A DNA stretch of 64,000 bases from Tubiluchus corallicola (GCA_030141605.1 JAQGDQ010000192.1:248001-312000), one strand, 5' to 3'. Shown: positions 44,801 to 56,642, counted from the stretch's first letter. Notes: generated by a model from the sequence alone, not told the origin. A program made the numbers and translations.

Positions 44801-47800
44801 TTTATAGGCCAGTATTAAACAATATACACTATATTTACAAGATAGTTTTATAAGTATGATATGTTTACAATAATGATGTTTACACAGGTGCACGGTAAGT
44901 TTGGCACAAGTAGGTTTGGTACAGGTAAGTTTGGTACTGGTAATTTTGGTACTAGGCTCATGTTATTACATTTGTTTCTGTTTTTTTTCACATCCTCTGT
45001 TGTTTGTTATTTGTCATTGTTGTTGTTTGTTTTTTCTTGTTTGCTCTTTTGTTGTGATTACTAAGACCACCACCACCACCTTCATCATCATCATCATTAT
45101 TACTGTTATTGCTACATTTGTCATTTTTGTTGCTGTTGCTGTCGTTATTGTTGTTGCTGCTGTTAACATTGTCAGCAGTGAACATCATAATTATCATTAC
45201 CATCACCATCACCACTGTTACTGTTGTTGTTGTGCCTATAAATAACGATGGATGATTACAGTAATATTGATGATGATGATAATAATGACGATAGTGATGA
45301 TGGTAATATTAATGACGATGATAACAGTGATGATTATGCCAAAAATGACCATTATGATGATGTTGACAGTGACAATAATTAAGACAATTGTAGCAAAAGT
45401 AAGAATGACAGCGATTGCTACTGCATACAGTAGTTACTGCTGGCACTACAATAAATTTTAAAATAATGTATCTGCGATGTTAAAAATTAGTGCGTTTTAG
45501 AAGGCTTATAAAGGTGGCTGTCATGGTAAGTTTGGTACTACTGGAAGGGGTCACGTACTAGAAAAGTTTGGGAAATACTGGCATAGCGTAGTAGTGCGCT
45601 ATGTGAATGCATGGATGGGATAATCACGGATAAAATTTTGTCTGCCACACACTATTAATTACAATATGATGTTTATGAACTTTTTAATAAACTAGACTTT
45701 CCTAGTACCAGATTTCCTCCCTACTGTATAAACTTTCTGTAGTTGAAACAATTATTTTATACTGAGATATAGAAATGATTTCTTTCACATTTATTACCAA
45801 ATTTTTCACTACCACACTTTTCTAGTACCAAGTTTTCCTCATATCAAACATTTCCCGTGCCACATTTTCCCAATACCAAAAATTCCTTGTACCTTAAACT
45901 GATAATACCAAATTTACCTGTACCAAAACTACGACATACCAAAAATTCCTAGTACCAAGTTTACCCGGTACGAAAATTTCTTCGTACCAAAATTACTTGT
46001 ACTAAACTTATCTGTACCAAATTTACTTGTACCAAATTTTCCTACATCAGCTTACACAACATCGCAAACTAACTGATGTCTAATAGAAAGTAATATGTTT
46101 TGCAATTTTCAGAAATGGACGAAAGTTCAGAAACAGAATTATTACGGAAATTAGAGTCCTTGTTGAGGCTCAAGAGACTTTCCTTTTTATATGACAAAAA
46201 TCAAGATGATTATCATACAGATACCGAAAAACGTGGCGTAAGTATAAGTTTGTTGCCGTTAGACAGAGATTATTTTGCCATTAATCTGGTAGGTAAAGGA
46301 ATAAAACATGACGTTACTTGTATTCCTCTGAATACAAGTGAGAAACAGTGAACACTTAGAAATTTTGAACCCTAAGCTTAATGGTAAAATTTCACCTGTA
46401 GCATTGTGTGTGAATCAATTGAATACAAATGGCAACAACACATTTTGTAATAGTAAAAGGTATGGTGTGGTGTATTGTGGTGAGATATAATGTAGTGTTA
46501 TGTATTGTGGTATGGTATAATGTGGTGTGATGTATTGTGGTAAGGAATTATGTGGTATGCTGTATTGTGGTAAGGTATAATGTGGTGTGATATAGTGTGA
46601 TTTTGTGTGATGATGGTGGGATGTGGTGCCGTGATGTGCCAAGGAATGGTGTGGTATGGGTGTGCGATTCTGCGTATGCAGTGCATTGTTTGTATCATGT
46701 TGCATCATGCCGCATCAGATTGTATTACCTTGCATTTTTCTGTGTGTTTTTTACCTTGCCAGATAACATTTCGTAATTCACTTTATGTAAAATTAAATCC
46801 ATGATTTTTTACCTTCTATGTACTAAGTTATTTATACTAACTGCACATGTCGTTTCAGAATCAGAATAGTTTTATTTGCCTTCCAAATAATTATGAATAC
46901 GGTACACATGCGTCCGTAATTTGTACAAACAATCGTATTGATCACTTTAAGGTCTTAATTCGTAAATGTGTTTATTGCCTAAAAATAGAATTTTAAATAG
47001 CAGTAACATGATTTTATCTAGCATAACTGATACAGATATTCGATATAACTCATTGTACTTCCAATATTGGAACTCATTGCTAACCTCTTCATTTATTATT
47101 TAACTAACCTCTGCCCCTCTTGTACAGATTTACCTTATGTATACAGTTTTATAATCTGCACACTTATTTGTTCTTATATAGCACTTTGTGTATTGATTTA
47201 AATCTAAAACAAATAAATAAATAATCACTGGATTGTACATAATAATAATTTACAAAAGTTAAAGAAGGGAGCTATAGCAAAAACCAAATGGTCATCTTAT
47301 CTGCCATCCCTGACTAGTGAACCTACTAATAGATGGTAAGTAGGCCTAGACATTATTATAGCAAAAATAACGAATACAACAAAAAAAATTAATTAAAATT
47401 AAATTTTGGTAAGCAATTCTAGAAAATACAAATTACGCAAATTTATGCACAAAGTCAAAAAGAAAATTAATAAAGCAGGATTTAATATACATGTAATAAA
47501 GCAAAGCATACATGTAGTTACTAAATATACAGAGAATAGCAAGCAAAATTAATCATATTATGCAACAGAGAATATGTTGAATATGAAATATGAAAGTGAC
47601 AATGAACTGTCATATAGAAACAATACTTCTTTGGGCATGTAATGCTAGATTTTCTAAATTATTTATTATTTTTTATCATTTTTTGCAATCACGCACAAAT
47701 TAGAACTTTGGAAGCAAGGTAAGTTTTACCTTTCGTGTGTGTGTGTGAACGCCTGTGATTTAGATTTAGATATAGTTTATTTCCGTAATAATACATCCAA

Positions 47801-50800
47801 ACATCATAAATTAGTACAATACTGTACTAAGTTGTTAAATGTGGAAAAAGGATGGTGAATAGCCGAAAGAGGTCATCAAGTCAACCATCCTTACTCAGCA
47901 GAGATATTAAGACTACAATTGACGCGTGCTTATTATGAATTCAAATGAAATAAAACGAAGCAGTTTAATTACAAATAATCAAATCAAGCTGTAAAGTAAT
48001 TCATGCTTTTCAAGCAGTCAGGAAGAACGGTAAAAGCAAAAATATTATATTCAACTTACTCAAGCAATTAAACAAAGTACCAAGGAACTCTTTTACAAGT
48101 ACTAGGGTAATCAGTAACAAATCACTGTAAGACCCTTGCATACTGTGTGCACAAATCGTCCTTGATAGGCCCTTTGGCTTTTCAAGGAAAAAAGGAAGTC
48201 CTGTTTTGTTTCTGAAAGAGCTGAAAAAGAACAGGAAAGTCATCTCAAGTTTGCACTTTTAACTGCCTAATGAAATAGTTTTCTGGTTTTAATTGTTTCA
48301 ATTCGATCATTTTTAAGTTTAAGTTTACATTTTTTCATGTGCAATGCTTTCATGAGCTAATAATTAGCGTGATATGAAATAACATGACAACATTATACGA
48401 CATGACATTTAAAATGACATTACGTGACATGGTATAACGTGACGTAACATGACATGACGTAGCGTGACGTGACATGATATAACATGACAAGATATGACGC
48501 GACACTGCATGACGTGAAGTGACATGACATGACAGCTGTACAGCTATATATCATAGCTATAAAATTTCTTTGTTAATTTTTTGTCTGTCTGTTTTCTTTT
48601 TATGCTTGGCATTCCTATACAACTTCAAACAGATGGTAAGTTACCTATTTTATTAGAACTTACTAAAATTATCAAACCTGTCTTCTGTTTAATGAAACAC
48701 ATGCCTACATAGTCTGGAAGGGACCAAAATGATTATTGCTTTGCGGTGAATTTATCGACTTTTTTAAATATTAAGTTAACATCATATAAGAAGCCTCGGT
48801 TGCGCCATCTCTTACACTTTTTAACACATCTACTGGTTGTTCAACGTTATTAAAATCTAAATGTGAATATATTCCCTACATCTCGTCATTCTCTATTATT
48901 TCATCATCTTTCTCACCACATTTCACACTCATTACCTTTCAGGCTTTCCTGCCCTTTATCTTGCACCTTGGGATAAATAAACTATGAAACAACGTAGAAA
49001 AGACTTAAGGCTGTCGATTATAGCCAGGGATTACACTGAGATTCAGATAAATTTAGCATATTTCATATAACGGAATTAAAATCACTAGTTTAAAAGTACA
49101 TTAGCAATATAGGTTTGAGATTATCACTCATAGCATTTTATGAAGAATAGAAGGTAAATAACTACGTTATTTTATTTCCATGGTTTTGTTGAACATGGGG
49201 CACGCACACTAGTTAAATCTTATGAGTTTTATTATTATCATTTATCGGTGATAATTCTATCTTTCTGATGAGCTCAAAGTTTTCACGCCATAAATAATTA
49301 GGCTGAAGTCCGCACTTATAATTGTTGCGCACTGTAAATTATTTGCCCAGCTGCAATAATAACGACAGAAACTTTGATGCCGTAGAATTTAATCTTTTTG
49401 CATGAATGTGATGAAAATCTTTACAAAACTGTAGAGCGTCTTCAGTCTGTAAATAAATGACTTAATTAGATTTTACTTTTCTGAAAGGCAAAACCTAAAT
49501 ATTTAATGCACAAGAATATTCTTTACTTACATAAAGCTAAAAAAATTCGTCTTGAAATATTATATCACCTACGTATACTGCCTTGTTGATCACAGAGCTT
49601 GTAGCAACAACGCTGTATAAAACTTGAAAATTTAAACTCCCGCGACGACCGTTAGACGCAGTACCTTTAACAGTAGGTAGATTGAAACGTTTGTTTGAAA
49701 AAGTAATTAGAGCATTCGTAGTGCACACTTCACTAACTAAACAAAAGTATAAATTACTGTATCTTGTCAAAATACGTTTTTGGTGAGTCAGTGGTGCACG
49801 CTGGGAAGGTGAGCCAGTGACATTTTATCGGTTGGCGCGGACCTTTTAAATAACAAAGAATTCTCTTGTCTGGTTACGTAAGTCTTTCAAACAGGTGTAA
49901 ACGTAATGCAAAATAATGTAATTTTGTGTGGAAAATTTTTTAGGACATATTTTGAAATCGCCTTTCTTCCCCTTTAAGAAACACCTTTAAGAAATGAAAT
50001 ATAATACAATTTTTCACTAGCAATTAAACGATGAAGGGATTAATGGTGGTAAATTGAACTGTAAAATCAGATATGAATTTATGGCACCTACTTTAATTAA
50101 GATCAATTAAAAAATTCTTTTATTGCTTGGCTGCAGATGTGTCTCGTAAGTATGCGCTTGTTTTGTCCATAAATTTCTATGTATTACGTAGAATTATCCA
50201 TCAGTTATGAATGTAGTAGAGAATTTATTTGTTCATACCGCAACATTAAAAGAATTAGTACTGCCCGTTTGTTGTTTGCGTGACATTAAGTTTATATGCA
50301 ATATACTCCCTTGGAATAGCATACCATTATAGTGTAGCTAATGTATAGTGTAGTAGCAGGGATAAAGGTGTGCTGGTGTCCTAAACATACCCAGATTTTG
50401 TGCTGAAATATTCCATGTGAATAAATTTCTGGGCCAGCAGTACACCACAATTTGATGTGTAGTTGTGCATAGCCAATAAGTTTAAGCCTTCATTTTTTGA
50501 TAGCGTTAGATCCGCCAAATACTTTATCCGTCCCTGCTATGATGCTATGTAATGATATGAAAAACATCACAGCCTGCTTAGTTTGCTTATGTGTTAATCC
50601 GACCCTGTGTAACGTAGGGTCGGATTATTAACGTAATGTACTTGTTATTTATTTACCTTAATGTAACGACCATTGTTATCTTCAATGCATGATATTTTAG
50701 ATTAAGGCATTGCGTTTGTTTTTTTAAAAAAAAATTAGTTTTGATCACACATGAATGATATGATAATATTAAAAGTTCGGCTTTCCTAGTTATAGTGCAT

Positions 50801-53800
50801 TATGTCATTGCAATATAACAAACTGTGATGTTATTTAAACGTTTTAAGGCGTTGTAAACAATTTTTTCTGATTTATATCTAGAACCTGTTAACCATCACA
50901 GGGTCGAAAGCATTCACACATTTTGCAACCCACCTAAATATTTTCAGCTACCCTTTCCATACATAGAAAGGCCTAAATAAATTAAATGAAAGAAAACAAC
51001 ACGCGCCTGTCCTGCGATTTTTCTTCCGAGTGGGCGCTAAATATTATTATTGTAAGTCTTTATTCAACATCTATTTGCAGACATTTATTTATAATTGACA
51101 ACATATTAATTTCATTGCAAAATAAAAAAACGTATTATCCAAGTTAGTTCATACGACAAATTACATTGTAAAACATCTGACAATTTCATTTTTAAAATTA
51201 TATAACCAAGTTCCACTGCTTTACTAATTTAGATTAAATTTAAATATTTAATATATATTAAATATATATATACATACCCCACTGGACCTGTATAATCTAC
51301 TGACACCTCTACAAAATTTTCATACTTGAATCAATTTTTTATAATCTTGATTTTCTGTTAATGTGGTGTAAGGTATAAAATCGTCTTTGATAAGATTGAT
51401 AATAGTTATTAATAAACTTAAAATATTTTCACTCCGTGTTAAGTATACATATTATAATCATTATTTAAAGCATTAATTAATAAATTCAGTTGCACATTCA
51501 AATAACAAGTGCTCAGGCACTTATGAGGTGTGCCACTACATGAACAAGTTGGATTTAATGGCCGACCATTATAATTAAAAAATAATTAAAATTGTCATGG
51601 CCTAATAGAAAACTGAACCCAATGACTTCAACAGCCTGTTTTACCAGCAGGGAATATCGGGGACCGACCAAATTTTTGTTGGCAATGTAGACGATGGGTT
51701 TCACTGAAATTTGTTTCTGCCTCGCTTTAATCATTGTTGTTCTACAAACAGATTCGATTTTTGTCAATTGTTGTTCAGAAACCTGTCATTTTTACAATAG
51801 TCAAACATTTCACACGGCACTTCGTTAATATGTAGGTTTCTGATTCTAATGTCTTTCGTGCTTTTTAAGTTTTGTGTAGTAGCAGCTACGCGTTGTCTCA
51901 CGAAGTACTTCTTGACAAAGTCATATGCTTCTTTATTGATAATGACAGTCTTACTAAATCATTTTCTTCACAAATGAGGATTTTAGAAACAAATTTTACT
52001 GTAATAGCTGAAATTCTAGGTCCAAAGAAGCAAATCCGCAAATTAATATGCTCTAGTTTTTCTCTAGGTGGGTGGAAATGTACACCAGCTGCTATTTTCT
52101 TAATACTGTATACTATATCATCGAAAATGCACAAGTGCCAGTCATCCAACAACATAACATAATAATATGGGAGAAATATCAATGCTTTACACAAAGCAAT
52201 TACAACAGTCAAATTTAGCCCCTTACTGTCAAAACAAAGGCAAACTGTCAAAGTAGTAAAGTGTAAACTGTGCTGTTAAGTATTTATATGCTCGTAACTT
52301 CGTAAGATAACCAATTCTTTGTCTACAGTGCAGAAATACGACTTGGTTAAAGGTGTATAAAATTTGTAAAGTCGTAAAAAATTACAGTTCTTAATTTAAT
52401 TGCATATCATTAGTTTCTTAGTCCTTTGTTTTTAGTTCTTTAATTTCGCAGTCCTTACAATATTTTTTATAAGTTATATGGTATTTGATCGTGCTACAAT
52501 TTGCATAATTTACATGACATTTTAATGTCGGCTTGCAAACATTTTGATATTTTCCAAAATAACTGAGCTAATTGTAATAATTGTTACGTAAAATTGAGCG
52601 TTTTTTAATCGAGATGTAAGCCTAATTTTGAAAAGTTCAGTACCAACAAATAATTTTATAAGTTTCATTTGACAATGTCAGAAATTATTTTTGTCCATGC
52701 AGATGATTATGTAAGAATACGCAGCTGTACAGCCAAACATCATGTAATGTAAGTTGCACAAAGTAAATGTGATTATTTATTTTTTATTGCGCAGTTGGAC
52801 TCTCGGGTAAGTATAATTTTTATTATTAAAGATAGCTGCCCACAATATGGACACAATAATAGGCCTGCATATTTTTAAGGAAATTATCATTTTTCCTGTG
52901 ACAATATATTCTGTAAAAAAGGTTGCATGTCCTGCTTTATAACACTATGCTTAGCTTCTTGGAGGATTTTATGTTTATTCCTGTATATCTCAAGTGAACA
53001 ATGATCGCCTGTCTAGGATTGGATGCACCTAACAAGAATGCCATTTCAGTCGCACAGATTACAGAATTAATAATTAAATTCAGAAGGAGGAAGGCTTTGA
53101 AAAATTGTGAGTCAACCAGAATCCAGCCAGATCTCTGTGACATCAGGCCTCACGCTCCATTCATTTAAGCTGTCAACCTACATGTCTGAGTTCTCATACT
53201 AGTCAGCATGCATGCAATCAGTCAGAGCCACCTATTCATAGTAAAAAGAAACTAATTAATCAATAAGCTACCATAGGTTTCTAGAAACAAGTATAGAAAT
53301 GGGCCTATTCTAACTGACTAACAGGCTCAACAAATTTGTTAATTAATATATTTATCTTTTCTTTGTCTGCTGCTCTCTTCAGAATTGTGGTGGTTTGGGG
53401 GTAAGTATCACTTATGAACATATATGTTATACCTATATATGCGCCGCTAAGAAACTCCAGATTAAAACTGCGTACTACAATTCTTATCTGGTGCTCATAA
53501 TCCAACAGATTTTAGATTTCTGCAGTTATCATTCACCGACGAATTAATCATGTAATAATAACAACGAGAACGAGCGTGACGGCAATGACGAACGCGACAG
53601 CAATAATTCTAAGAAAATATCTGTAATGCATTATCTCTACGGTTTCGGTAAAAAAACTGGAAAAAAACAACGGAACAATGGTAAAAAGCTTTCCTGAATA
53701 TTGTTATAATTAAAAGCTTTCACTAACCTAGTAACATTGGAAAATAATGTTTTGTCTCAAAAAATCGTTCCTTCAAAAACTACTCAAAAATATCTACGTT

Positions 53801-56642
53801 TAAATAAGACTAGAAATTCAACTAAAGATGAATTTAAATATTTGTTAACAATGTTTCTCACGTGGCCAGAAAATGAAGATTTTGAAAACAACAGTTACAA
53901 AATTGGGTCTTGATCAGACGTCAGTCTTTTCTTTGAAAATTATAATTTTGATTTTTTGAATTCGCGTTGTATGATTATATAATAACTGCACTTCACTATG
54001 AAATAGCAACTTTTTGACTCGTGATCTGTCGGCCAAAGGTCAGTCAACCAATCTCCTGCCAACTTATACCATTTCTGTGTGCTTATTTTGGCCGACGAAA
54101 GGAAAGTATTTGCCTCCTCCACCCCTATTTTGCCCATAGTGGGCTCAGGGATCAACAAATCTTGGAGTAACGAATGCCATTCAGTTAGTCTCATTGAGAC
54201 TTTTCTATTTGATATACTACAAACAATATTCGTCAAGAGTGAAAAAACATCTGTGCCTACTCTTCCAGCTTCAGTTTTTTACTTTCGTTAATTTTTTTAC
54301 TTTCAAAATAGCCCATATTCAGCCACGTATAAGACACATGACCTCGTCTAGGCACATAGCAAAAATTGTTTCTGTAGCTCAGAAACTGTAGGAGAAGATA
54401 AAGCCTAATAAAAAAAAACTTAAATATATATATAAACCCTAGGTACCTGACATGAGTTTTCCAGCTTATTTACTTTTCCAGTTATTGACAAAACCCTGTT
54501 TTAACACTTTTGCCCATGTCACGTGACTTAGCCACGTCCACTTTCAAATAAATTATTAGTGTCCATCTACCCTTGCTATAGAACTCCAGTACTGCAACAA
54601 GAGCTGAGTGACAAAGTAATTTGTCCTATGTTTCATATTTTGGTTTCTGTCACTGTGACTTTTGACCCAGAAGTCACCTTTCCTATATCATCTTCTGAGC
54701 ACCTGTCTCATGTGCCTACCCTGCAAGTTTCGTGAAGATTTCGCTCTAGGCGGTACATACATGACCCCGTTTTCTGTTTTTCGCTCCTATCTCAGGCCCT
54801 TATATGGAACCGTAGCTTTTTAAAACCCCACGTGCACACCTACCCACAGTACCTAAATACTAGTGGGAAAATATTTGAAAGAAAAACTGAAAGTCCTAGG
54901 AGGAGATGCGAACTAATGCCAGTTGCCCTATTTTTTACATTTTGGATCCTTAAGGAGTTCCAACTTTTTTAAACGGCAGGTGTACATCTGCTCATATCAC
55001 CTAAATACTTGTAGAAAAATAAAAAGACAGAATGCTGTAGGAGTTGCGACCCATTTGAAAAATTAGCCAATGCCCACTGCACTTACCCCCTTCGCCCGCT
55101 CCAAGTTTCGTAACCCAAATTTGCAAGTCTAATGAGTTATTAAGCGGAAGGCAAGCGGAGAATAAAGAAATAAATAATAACTGTGTCATCGAATGTACGA
55201 GATTCAAGAAGATTTTGCTGTTGCATTATCTTGATGACTAGGGCATTTTGTCCAGTATGTAGTGTCAAGAGCATGAACTGATGATGATGTTTTTTCAGAG
55301 GACGTTTTCTGTGATTAATATCAATAATCACTGTATAGTCGGCCCGAAATTTGCCATCATTTTTGTTTCTGATGACAGTCTTGTTAATACAACTGAAATG
55401 AGCTCTACGTTTGATTTGTATTAAATAATTTGACATATAATTGTCGTAATTCCCTGAATCTGTTTTGGAGCGGAATAGATTAACTTAAAACTGGAATGCA
55501 TTTGTATCTCACGCACAAGAGAATTTACGAGAACGCTAAAATAGACCGACATATTTCTATCAGATGAGTAGATGCTTCCCTCGAGGGTTTCTACGGAGAT
55601 TTTTTTTGTACCTTTTAATGTGTTGCACAAAGAAATACATGAGAAATTGTATGACCAGCGCAAAAAGTTTGCGTATTGCAAATTTAGAGCTGAAATGCTA
55701 AAATTGAATTCTTTGGCTTCACAAAATTAACAATATTTTGCAGATGTTTTTGGAAACCTTCCAATTAACGTTTCATTTGGCTACTAAAGTTAAATATAAG
55801 TTTGTTTAAAGAAAAACAAATTGTTTAAAGCGTTATTGCGTAATACTGGGTTGAGACTAGTGCTGTTTAAATTGTTTATTATTAGAGCCAACGAATGTTT
55901 TCTGCTTTTTTAGAAACGAGTTCCTGGCTTATTTGCACAGTATCTAACACGAAAAGTTTACAAACCGTCTGATTTAGAACAGGTATGTACCAGCATTACT
56001 TTGAATTTTCCTTAATATGATAATAATAAAAGTTTATTTAAAACATGCAGTTATTGTAGTTGTTACAGCAACTATACAGTATACTGTATACTGCAACTAT
56101 ACTGTATACAGCAACTATATAGTTGCAATACTCCCTGAATTACTACATAACATTTTTAATAAAAATTTAAAATAGTATACATGTACTTAGACGATAACGA
56201 AATTAATGATGTAAATTACTTGTCTTTCTATTGAATGACCTTCGATGGAGAACTTCCGTAACATTATAACATATTACAGGAAAATCACCAAAAAACTCTG
56301 ATTTTAAAAGTAACGCATTCAGAATAAATGCAACGTATGTTACACATCTTTGTAGAAAAATGGCCTCCAACTTTATAGGTTTTCGAGGCCTTGTTATTAT
56401 CTAAACTTGTTTCGAACCTCACTCGTGATGATTACTTTTTTGTGCTCTTGCGTGCACCCGAAATCAATTGAACATGTCAACCCCCAAACAGCTAACATAA
56501 ACTACCTCCCTGATTACAAAAAAACATACAGAAAGACTGTTGGCGAACTGGCCGCCATTGAGTGTTCAGGTTGTGCTCCTATCACGACTGCCCAAACTTT
56601 ATTGTCCAAACTATAACAATCTTTTTGTATTTTTTTCAGTAA
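38719..56642 (+). CDS. Predicted ~112-aa secreted peptide/neuropeptide-precursor-like protein: join(38719..38803,46113..46237,46763..46772,47704..47718,48633..48635,50137..50145,52703..52710,52795..52806,55914..55982,56640..56642)
   Basis: The joined exons translate to MKPTEIAQCIFCLLCVFCLITGTSSQEHEMDESSETELLRKLESLLRLKRLSFLYDKNQDDYHTDTEKRGITFQLWKQDDVSHDYLDSRKRVPGLFAQYLTRKVYKPSDLEQ*. It has a signal peptide, three KR sites and acidic spacers. Every junction is YAG/GTA. Confidence 0.68.
42525..43337 (-). CDS. Uncharacterised intronless ~270-aa protein (MPRSKSDE...YCLALKKM) nested antisense in intron 1 of the peptide-precursor gene
   Basis: An 813-nt non-repetitive ORF in AT-rich DNA, with raised GC and natural amino-acid composition. 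First ATG at 43337. No family recognised. Confidence 0.75.
   Translation of the reverse strand: MPRSKSDEIEPKQRDVAKVPKITLVNTKAGEKTAAAQLLPEINRNGRYTQMPIDAVQVGKQDISTRQGTISETERPLGKEPPGSPRVYTLKDLQAAAVVRKGTGTSQTMISDTLVDDSHAKAFKRQKLKSITPIEEPTKKLDTYGEDTITQFTFSENGVPDLSDLSLERESSYMNAAAAQLLMELRAKDLKAKGSLKSFAKDDYHFAFLVRHAEIAQEIPTPLSEVIIKEVSKVLNDVFKEYYKYVGKNHELTKEAKTAHESYCLALKKM
43795..44770. mobile_element. Foldback-like element A, inverted arrays of 15-bp GGAAAGTTTGGTACT/GGTAAATTTGGTACA with a low-complexity core
   Basis: Forward array 43795-44035, reverse array 44550-44770, (GTT/CAT)-rich middle. Confidence 0.68.
44885..46045. mobile_element. Foldback-like element B, same family as A
   Basis: Forward array 44885-44955, reverse array 45695-46045, low-complexity middle. 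Confidence 0.68.
46113..46237 (+). CDS. Precursor exon with two KR sites (EMDESSETELLRKLESLLRLKRLSFLYDKNQDDYHTDTEKRG)
   Basis: ttttcag acceptor and C|GTAAGT donor; inside ORF 46100..46351. Confidence 0.75.
46460..46660. repeat. Degenerate pentamer repeat (TGTGG/TGTAT)n
   Basis: Directly visible. Confidence 0.85.
46763..46772 (+). CDS. 10-nt microexon (ATAACATTTC)
   Basis: Long pyrimidine tract ending ccttgccag, GTAATT donor; supplies the phase shift needed for the KR-containing frame. Confidence 0.55.
47704..47718 (+). CDS. 15-nt microexon (AACTTTGGAAGCAAG)
   Basis: T-rich AG-free tract with TGC, TAG acceptor, AAG|GTAAGT donor. Confidence 0.62.
47755..47900 (-). mobile_element. LINE/SINE 3'-end fragment
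   Basis: The reverse complement contains ggatggttgacttgatgacct...caccatcc, similar to the LINE 3' stem-loop at 32830-32872, then AATAAA and a (TCTAAA)n tail. Confidence 0.5.
48380..48535. repeat. Degenerate pentamer repeat (CATGA/CGTGA)n
   Basis: Directly visible. Confidence 0.85.
48633..48635 (+). CDS. 3-nt microexon (ATG)
   Basis: About 75-nt AG-free pyrimidine-rich stretch, CAG acceptor, GTAAGT donor; frame-neutral. Confidence 0.5.
50137..50145 (+). CDS. 9-nt microexon (ATGTGTCTC)
   Basis: ttcttttattgcttggctgcag acceptor, GTAAGT donor. Confidence 0.62.
50345..50548. mobile_element. Small MITE-like element
   Basis: Imperfect TIRs atagtgtagtagcagggataaag / ctttatccgtccctgctatgatgctat. 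Confidence 0.45.
52703..52710 (+). CDS. 8-nt microexon (ATGATTAT)
   Basis: atttttgtccatgcag acceptor, GTAAGA donor. Confidence 0.6.
52795..52806 (+). CDS. 12-nt microexon (TTGGACTCTCGG)
   Basis: ttttttattgcgcag acceptor, G|GTAAGT donor, 84-nt upstream intron. Confidence 0.63.
52950..54270 (-). mobile_element. Possible highly degenerate Penelope-like retroelement remnant
   Basis: VGTDVFSLLTNI (~54225-54260) resembles the Penelope RT motif SFDVxSLFTNI; IRIVVRS at ~53470-53490 resembles the linker region. Weak. Confidence 0.3.
55292..55488 (+). repeat. ~195-bp dispersed repeat, copy 1 (inverted relative to 59225-59420)
   Basis: Reverse-complement match; ORFs 55140..55436 and 59276..59458 are near-identical. 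Confidence 0.9.
55914..55982 (+). CDS. 69-nt exon (KRVPGLFAQYLTRKVYKPSDLEQ)
   Basis: ttctgcttttttag acceptor, CAG|GTATGT donor, open in phase 0. Confidence 0.65.

Noticed and set aside
47333-47335. Second AG|ATG|GTAAGT 3-nt microexon candidate
   Set aside because: There is no polypyrimidine tract, another AG lies just upstream, and the region looks like a retroelement tail.
51872-52251. ORFs 51872..52162 and 51898..52251
   Set aside because: No convincing motif or splice structure; at most a decayed LINE C-terminal fragment.
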